Source of the DNA: an uncultured Poribacteria bacterium
Lineage (GTDB): Bacteria; Poribacteria; WGA-4E; WGA-3G
Length of the DNA: 64,000 nucleotides
NCBI GenBank assembly: GCA_958296135.2
Contig: CATQHZ020000001.1
Span: forward strand, 3,136,001-3,200,000
Direction of reading: 5' to 3'
Shown here: in pieces, positions 57,743 to 64,000 of the stretch
Layout of the letters: every line of letters starts with the position of its first letter
How positions within the stretch are numbered: the first letter of the stretch is position 1
The notes under the pieces: model-generated
Seen by the model: only the letters and a program-made list of their open reading frames with translations
Databases searched by the model: none
Told to the model about the DNA's origin: nothing
Made by a program: the position numbers and the translations under genes

Positions 57743-58228
57743 TCAGTTGTTCGCCTGCCCTGTCTGCCAATTGGTGATGTCCGCGTCAAAACTCTCACCC
57801 CCTACTTTGCCATCTTTGCCGCGGGAGTAGATGTCATAGTCGTAGCCAGGGTGCGTTCCTGGGTAGCGATAGACGTAAGGGTTATTCCAAGGGTCCAGAA
57901 AACTCTCGGTTTTGATATAGGGCCCGGACCAGTTTTGCGGTGTGGGGCTCGGTGCCTGCCACAACGCCTCCAGGCCTTGCTCAGTCGTTGGGTAATCCCC
58001 GACTTGCACGGCGTAGAGGTCCAAGGCGGTTCTGAGGTTTCCGATTTCAAGCCGTGCTTTTGAGACGCGCGCTCGCTGCGGTGCATCCATGATGCGCGGC
58101 GCGATGAACGTCGCCAAAATGCCTAAGATCACGATAACAATGGTGAGTTCAATCAGGGTTAACCCTGATTCATCCGCAAGGAGGGAATTCCGCTTGCGGG
58201 ATTCGTTCGTTCTGTGTTGCGTTTGCAT
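57743..58228 (-). CDS. gspG: T2SS major pseudopilin
   Basis: GLTLIELTIV, YPTTEQGLEAL, W.GPY, DPWNNPYVY and G.DG..GG...DADI. Confidence 0.93.
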   Translation of the reverse strand: MQTQHRTNESRKRNSLLADESGLTLIELTIVIVILGILATFIAPRIMDAPQRARVSKARLEIGNLRTALDLYAVQVGDYPTTEQGLEALWQAPSPTPQNWSGPYIKTESFLDPWNNPYVYRYPGTHPGYDYDIYSRGKDGKVGGESFDADITNWQTGQANN

Positions 58229-58340
58229 GTCAATTAATCTCCTATACGGTATGTTGTTACGTCTCGGCAGCAATGCTTGTAGACTGCTGTTGGACTTTAG
58301 ACCGGTTTCAAGGTGGAAGGTTCTTTTTTTCTATCCTTCT

Positions 58341-59564
58341 TCACCCGCTGAGCAATTGCTGCGCCTCGAAAATCGGTAGAATCATTGCTACAGCGATGAA
58401 TCCGATAATTAGCCCCATTAGCAAAATTACCAATGGGCCAATAGAACCGGTCAACCGTTCGAGACTCTTCTTGATTTCCAGATCGTAGTATTCCGACAGT
58501 TTTGTGAGCATGTGCGCTGGCTCACCGGACTCCTCGCCGACGGCTACCATGTGGGTGACAAACGGGGGGAAATCGCTGTTCCTGCCGAGTTCGCGTGAGA
58601 GGGTAGAGCCCTGTTCAACCTCTTTTTCTGCTGCGGCGACAGCGTTACTGTAAACTTTATTCCCGATTGTATCCTTGGCGACTTGAAGTGCTGGTAGCAT
58701 GCGCACGCCGTTTTCTAAGAGCGTAGCCATTGTCCGCGTAAAGCGGACAATCGCGAAGGTGCTGAAAATTGAACCGACAAGGGGCAGTTTAATCTTCAGT
58801 TTATCAAACCACACTTGTCCTGCTTCCACCTGCAGGGCGCGCCTCGTTGCGACAACGCCGACAATCACGGTAAGGAGTCCCACCCACCAATATTTCCGGA
58901 ACGTGCCGGTAGTGCTAATCAGCACTTGGGTGGGCAGCGGCAGTGCAACGCCCAGGTCGGTATACATTTCGGCGAACTGCGGTACGACGACAACCATCAG
59001 GACTGCGACAGCGGTGATGCTCAGCGTCAACAGAATCGCGGGGTAGAAGAGCGCGGAGATAACGTCGTTTTTGAGGATGCGCTGCCGTTCGGCAAATTCT
59101 GCCAAACGTTCAAGGACTAACCCGAGCACACCGCCGCTCTCGCCGGCTTTTACCATGTTGACGTAAAGGTTCGAGAACACCTTCGGGTGCTGGTAGAGTG
59201 CATCGTTAAACGTTGCGCCGTGTTCTACATCGTGTTTCACTTGCGATACGATGCGGTGCAGCGCGGGACTATGAATCTGTCCCAGTGTCACCTCCAACGC
59301 CCGCGGCAGCGCGATGTACGAACTCACCAACGTGGCGAGTTGGTAGGTGAAGAACTCTACGTCAGCCGATTTGACTCTGCCTTGGCCGATTCGCAGCCAC
59401 CGCGTCACATCGGTTTTCTCTTCGCCACCTTCCTCCTCGATGAGCGTGGGCCAATAGCCCATCTGCCTTAATCGAGAGATGAGTTCCGCTTTGGAGTCTG
59501 CCTCTAGCGTATTTTTAATGGTGCTGCCCCCATGCGTGAGGGCCTCGTATCGGAATCGTGGCAC
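58341..59564 (-). CDS. gspF: T2SS inner membrane platform protein
   Basis: FTYQLATL, GESGG.L, LPLPT, VGEESG and AMILPIF. Confidence 0.92.
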   Translation of the reverse strand: MPRFRYEALTHGGSTIKNTLEADSKAELISRLRQMGYWPTLIEEEGGEEKTDVTRWLRIGQGRVKSADVEFFTYQLATLVSSYIALPRALEVTLGQIHSPALHRIVSQVKHDVEHGATFNDALYQHPKVFSNLYVNMVKAGESGGVLGLVLERLAEFAERQRILKNDVISALFYPAILLTLSITAVAVLMVVVVPQFAEMYTDLGVALPLPTQVLISTTGTFRKYWWVGLLTVIVGVVATRRALQVEAGQVWFDKLKIKLPLVGSIFSTFAIVRFTRTMATLLENGVRMLPALQVAKDTIGNKVYSNAVAAAEKEVEQGSTLSRELGRNSDFPPFVTHMVAVGEESGEPAHMLTKLSEYYDLEIKKSLERLTGSIGPLVILLMGLIIGFIAVAMILPIFEAQQLLSG

Positions 59565-59651
59565 GTTACAACCTCTACGTGAGAATATGCGCGGACATTT
59601 ACCGAATATTTTTCAAATTAACGATTTCGTGACGGCCCCCCTGGCTTGGGA

Positions 59652-61409
59652 CTACTCAACGCTCCCGAAATCGATTTCCTCTTCTTGTGTTAACCGAACG
59701 ACTTCATCCACGGTTGTCGCGCCAGCGGCAACTTTGCGCCAGCCATCTTCGCGGAGGCTCTTCATACCCATTTGGATTGCCAGTCGGCGAATCTCACTCG
59801 TTGAGGCTTGTTTGAGTGCCAATGTCCGAATTTCTTCGTTCATGAATAGCACCTCAAAAATGCCGATTCTGCCTCTGTAACCTCTGCCGCGGCACTCCTG
59901 GCATCCTACCGCGCGCGGAATCATCAGGTCTGCTGCCACAGGCGTTCCGTTATGGCCATTGAAGATGCTCGTGATTTCGTGCATGTCGGGTTGATACATT
60001 TCACAACACGCCTTGCAGACGCGCCGCGCCAGCCGCTGCGCGATGATGCCCTCTACCGTTGACGCGACGAGATACGGTTCAACCTTCATATCGACGAGCC
60101 GCGTGATGGCCCCCGGGGCATCGTTCGTGTGAAGCGTGCTAAAAACGAGGTGCCCAGTGAGTGAGGTGTGAATCGCCATTTCCGCTGTCTCATAATCGCG
60201 AATTTCGCCGACTAGCACCTTATCCGGGTCTTGACGTAAGATATGCCGCAAGCCATCGGCGAAGGTGAAGTCAATATCCGGATTGACTTGGATCTGATTA
60301 ATCCCCTCAAGTTCGTATTCCACCGGGTCTTCCAGCGTGATAATTTTGACATCTGGGGAGTTTATCTCTTTCAAACAGGCGTAAAGTGAGGTGGTTTTCC
60401 CACTGCCGGTCGGCCCCGTGGCAAGGACGATACCGTGCGGTTTGCGAATCATTCTGTGAAAGAGCGCGAGGTTATCCTCGGTTAAACCGAGTTCGGCGAG
60501 TCCAAAATCGATGGACTGCCGGTCGAGGATACGGAGGACGACGCTCTCGCCGTGAAGCGTTGCAACAGTCGGGACTGTGGAAACACGCAGGTCGATCTGG
60601 CGGTTGCCGACGCTGCCGATCTGCCGGCTAATTTTCCCATCCTGTGGCCGCCGGCGTTCAGCGACATCCATCCCCGCCATAATCTTAACACGCGATGTAA
60701 TGGCGGATTGCAGATAGGCTGGCGGCTGCGGCTGGTCTTCCAATACCCCGTCCACGCGAAACCGAATTTTCAGTTGCGTCGGATAAGGCTCAATGTGGAT
60801 GTCGCTTGCGCCCATCCGGACAGCATCGATGATCATCTGATCTACGGCGTTAATCACCGTCGGGTCTTGACTGAGGTCCTTCTCGTCAATGCCGAAGTCC
60901 TCAATAGTCTCACGTTCAAAGATGTCGGTTGCGCCGACGGGCCCTTTGATGCCGGCACTCAGCAGGCTTTCCGCTGTTCTGCCGTAAAGTCGTACGATTG
61001 CTTCGTCAATTTCGGCTTCATCGGCGAGGAGCGGCGTGATTTGGCAATCTGTGACGAGTTGGATTTCGTCAATCAGCACGACGTTCAGGACATCTGCCAT
61101 TGCGATAGTAAGGATGTCGCCGTCCAATTGTATTGGCACGATTTTATTTCGGTAGGCGAATCCGGGGGAGACCTTTTCAAGAGCCTCCGGTTCTGGTGCT
61201 ACGTCTTCCAATTGGATGCACGGTGTGCCGTATTCAACACTTTTTTTGGCGAGTGCGAGTGCGTTGGGCGGCACGCGTTTCGAGAGCACTGCTGTTTCCG
61301 ATGCGCCGGTTTGCTGAATTTCCGCCAAGATTTCTTCGGATGCTTGCTCAGAAATCAGTGCCGCCTGCCGCATCACATCGACTATGGAGTGATTTAAATT
61401 ATGTTGCAT
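59652..61409 (-). CDS. gspE: T2SS/T4P assembly ATPase
   Basis: ASDIHIEP, GPTGSGKTT, LRQDPD..GEIRD, TGHLVFSTLHTN and tetra-Cys motif. Confidence 0.93.
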   Translation of the reverse strand: MQHNLNHSIVDVMRQAALISEQASEEILAEIQQTGASETAVLSKRVPPNALALAKKSVEYGTPCIQLEDVAPEPEALEKVSPGFAYRNKIVPIQLDGDILTIAMADVLNVVLIDEIQLVTDCQITPLLADEAEIDEAIVRLYGRTAESLLSAGIKGPVGATDIFERETIEDFGIDEKDLSQDPTVINAVDQMIIDAVRMGASDIHIEPYPTQLKIRFRVDGVLEDQPQPPAYLQSAITSRVKIMAGMDVAERRRPQDGKISRQIGSVGNRQIDLRVSTVPTVATLHGESVVLRILDRQSIDFGLAELGLTEDNLALFHRMIRKPHGIVLATGPTGSGKTTSLYACLKEINSPDVKIITLEDPVEYELEGINQIQVNPDIDFTFADGLRHILRQDPDKVLVGEIRDYETAEMAIHTSLTGHLVFSTLHTNDAPGAITRLVDMKVEPYLVASTVEGIIAQRLARRVCKACCEMYQPDMHEITSIFNGHNGTPVAADLMIPRAVGCQECRGRGYRGRIGIFEVLFMNEEIRTLALKQASTSEIRRLAIQMGMKSLREDGWRKVAAGATTVDEVVRLTQEEEIDFGSVE

Positions 61410-61569
61410 TTTATTGATTCCTGTTAGCAATCAGTTAACGTTTGGCTGCGGGCTGATACTTAACGACATCCGTCCTTACAAACACAAGGCGTGCGCCGAA
61501 AATTATTCGAGCGGAACGGGCAGATATAGACATCCGCCCTTCCACGCACTCTGACACTTCATTAGTATA

Positions 61570-61596
61570 TGACGTAAATAGCGGCGAATAGGTTTA
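61570..61596 (-). promoter_or_regulatory. Putative ECF-type promoter TAAAC-N17-CGTCA upstream of gspE
   Basis: Reverse complement reads ttttttaAACctattcgccgctatttaCGTCA. Confidence 0.4.
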
Positions 61597-61610
61597 AAAA
61601 AATGCCGTTA

Positions 61611-62453
61611 TTACTGTCTCGTCTTCTCAAGCCGTCGGATTGCTTCTTGCGCGGCGCGGCGTACCGATTTGGAAGAATCGGTGAGCGCGCGCCTCAATGC
61701 GGCGAGCGTTTCATCGGAATTCTCGTGCATATCAGACAACTCCTCTATCGCATTGGTTCGGACTTTCGTGGAATTGTCTGTGAGGCTTGCGATGAGCGCG
61801 TCGCGGATAGTCTCGGTAGGTTGCCCGTTTTCAGCCAATGTCTCGCCGATGCGTCCGAGTACATCAAGCACATCGGAACGTTCGCGTGAGGAGCCCTTGG
61901 TTCGCTTCGCGATGAGCGCGGGGACGACAACTGCGACAGATTCCGGCGATGCCGGGCGTACATCTTCAAGTTCTTCAAGTGCCTCGCGACGGACCCTTTC
62001 GGCGGTGTCGTTGAGTGCCGCTGCTAAGCCGATGACGATGGCATCCGTATTCTGTCCCGATTTTCGCTGGCTTTCTCCGATGTGGCCTAGTGCTTCGACA
62101 GCTTTCTCGCGTACCTTTTCAGACGAGTCGCTGAGCATCTCAATGAGGGCGGGGGTAGCAGGCGCGCCGAGTTCTTCAAGGAAATCGACGAATTGCCGTT
62201 TCACCGCGCTGGATCCATCTGCCAGCGTTGGCACGATTTGCGCGAGCAGCTCGGACTGCCATGTTGCCTTGAGCGTTTCATGCTTGGCTTTAAGAGCGTT
62301 GAATTCTTCGGTGACTTGCGCGAATTCTTCGCCGCGTGCTTCCGCTGTCTCGGTGTAGACCTGGGGCACTTGGCTCATTCCAATACCGATGAACAGGCCG
62401 AGGAGTATCGCTATGCCCCAGACTGAAAGTTTGTTAAATAGTTTGCGCGTCAT
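61611..62453 (-). CDS. Membrane-anchored or exported HEAT repeat protein
   Basis: Repeats LxD....VR..A...L and an N-terminal hydrophobic segment. Confidence 0.85.
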   Translation of the reverse strand: MTRKLFNKLSVWGIAILLGLFIGIGMSQVPQVYTETAEARGEEFAQVTEEFNALKAKHETLKATWQSELLAQIVPTLADGSSAVKRQFVDFLEELGAPATPALIEMLSDSSEKVREKAVEALGHIGESQRKSGQNTDAIVIGLAAALNDTAERVRREALEELEDVRPASPESVAVVVPALIAKRTKGSSRERSDVLDVLGRIGETLAENGQPTETIRDALIASLTDNSTKVRTNAIEELSDMHENSDETLAALRRALTDSSKSVRRAAQEAIRRLEKTRQ

Positions 62454-62758
62454 TGGTTGTTTTCCTCCTATAGACATTCAGGGTTGAGCTCTAGGTGCCT
62501 CCTTCGGCAGAGCCTCAATCCTAACTTCGCCATTTGTTACAACATCTACGATTTCCTTACAACAGATAATTTTAGCATGCATGCTGTATTTTTGCCACAT
62601 TAACTTCGTAAATCCCAGGACTATTTAGTTTTCCAATTAGTGTTGGTTTTCCCGCCCGCTGTCGTTCGGGCTCGCAACCCGCCGCTGTTAGTGGCATCGG
62701 AAACCTCGGACACGTTCAAGGGCTCAAGAACTGGCGAACAGCGGCGCACATCTGAAAA

Positions 62759-63988
62759 CTAAATGCCTCTGCGCAAATCAAAGACGGTTTTAACCGAGGC
62801 AGCCCTTCCCGTGTTCAGCGCAGTCTGAATAGCCTGCTTGTAATCCTGCAGCGAGAAGAGGGGACCAACTAACGGACGCAATGTCTCCCCTATCTGCTGT
62901 AAAAGCCGCATGCCGAGGGCAAAAGTGTGAATCAATTCGCCGCGATGCGTTTCGATGCCATACGTATAGGCCCCCTTAACCTTCAACTGCTTATACCAGA
63001 TCGAGTTCCAATCAACATTTTTCGGGATGCCCGGCATTCCGAGCAGGATTACCTCGCCGCCTGCGCGGGTGAAACGGAGCGCGTCGTCTATAGTCGTGCT
63101 GGAACCGATGCAATCAAACGTGACATCCACGCCGCCGAGCAAGACCTGTTGTCCTAACTCCGGCTGATACGCTGTCGCGCCTGTCAATCGGCAAAATTCT
63201 GCATACCGCTCGGAATTTGGGGATAGCATTTCATCGGCACCGAGTTCGCGCGCGAGTTTCTGTTGGTGCGGATGTTTGGCGAAGATGAGGATACGGTTCT
63301 GATGCCCGAGCCCGCGAAGTGCGGCGACAGTCAGCAACCCGATGCTACCGCCGCCGAGCACGACGATGTCATCGGTTTCCTTGAGTTCTGCCTTTAACAC
63401 ACCGTGCAGCGCGCAGGCGAACGGCTCAAGTAGCACCGCAACCTCATCTGAAATATCATCGGGGACGACGTGCAGTTGTCCTCGGTGTGCCACGAGGTAT
63501 TCACTCCAACCCCCGCCGGTATCGCGACAATACCCGGTCTGCACCCCGGCCGAAATGCATCCTTTTGTGATATTTTCACAATTGGAGAAGGATGCGTTTT
63601 GGCATTGGTGGCACGGCGGCGTAATCCCTCGCACCTCACACGCTAGTGCTGGTTCTATCACTACCCGTGTGCCGATAGGCATGTCGTTCACTGCTGAACC
63701 TACCGCTGCGACATCCCCGACGATTTCGTGTCCAAGTACAAACGGAAACGAAGTAAACGGCGAAAAGTAGGGGCTACCCTTCGCAGTAATCGTGGCCAGA
63801 TCTGAGCCGCAGATGCCGCTGACCCGGGTCTGGATTTTCACCCATTCCGGTGTTGGCAATTGCGGTGCGTCTATCTCCACGCGCTGCACGCTAGAAATGG
63901 GGGACGTATAGAGGCTGTGCCACCGTTTCCCAAGGAAGCGCGCGGCTAAGTAGCGGGGGATGCTTTTGGTGTATTGGATGGCTTGCAC
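62759..63988 (-). CDS. Zinc-binding medium-chain alcohol dehydrogenase
   Basis: GICGSD, LGHE, structural C-x7-C-x2-C-x7-C, LEP and GGGSIG. Confidence 0.92.
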   Translation of the reverse strand: MQAIQYTKSIPRYLAARFLGKRWHSLYTSPISSVQRVEIDAPQLPTPEWVKIQTRVSGICGSDLATITAKGSPYFSPFTSFPFVLGHEIVGDVAAVGSAVNDMPIGTRVVIEPALACEVRGITPPCHQCQNASFSNCENITKGCISAGVQTGYCRDTGGGWSEYLVAHRGQLHVVPDDISDEVAVLLEPFACALHGVLKAELKETDDIVVLGGGSIGLLTVAALRGLGHQNRILIFAKHPHQQKLARELGADEMLSPNSERYAEFCRLTGATAYQPELGQQVLLGGVDVTFDCIGSSTTIDDALRFTRAGGEVILLGMPGIPKNVDWNSIWYKQLKVKGAYTYGIETHRGELIHTFALGMRLLQQIGETLRPLVGPLFSLQDYKQAIQTALNTGRAASVKTVFDLRRGI

Positions 63989-64000
63989 TGTGCTCTCCTC

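Overview
About 55% GC bacterial chromosome segment, most likely Candidatus Poribacteria or a relative. This is an inference from the many secreted LamG/TolB/DUF1080-like proteins ending in a KLATTWGxLK-type motif, the cohesin-dockerin-FGE and CRTAC1 proteins, and a sialidase. It carries housekeeping and accessory genes (thiE, glpK, a two-component system, a TonB-dependent receptor, a squalene-hopene-cyclase-like enzyme, an ECF sigma factor) and a type II secretion cluster (47.8-61.4 kb) with an unusually long secretin. No rRNA, tRNA, CRISPR array or intact transposase was seen. The most notable signals are: (1) five fused nucleotidyltransferase(MNT)-HEPN genes in two tandem arrays, nearly identical within an array except for a hypervariable ~20-residue block, with three of them translationally coupled to a single-chain restriction-modification gene (candidate defence operon); (2) several families of GTAG-type REP palindromes that occur between genes and also in frame inside at least seven proteins; (3) six unrelated secreted proteins sharing one C-terminal motif that may be a sorting signal; (4) an ECF sigma plus degenerate-FHA gene pair whose putative promoter matches one upstream of the T2SS operon; (5) two recent ~0.85-1.05 kb tandem duplications and a remnant of a second R-M gene. 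All assignments come from motif recognition by eye; no database search was run.
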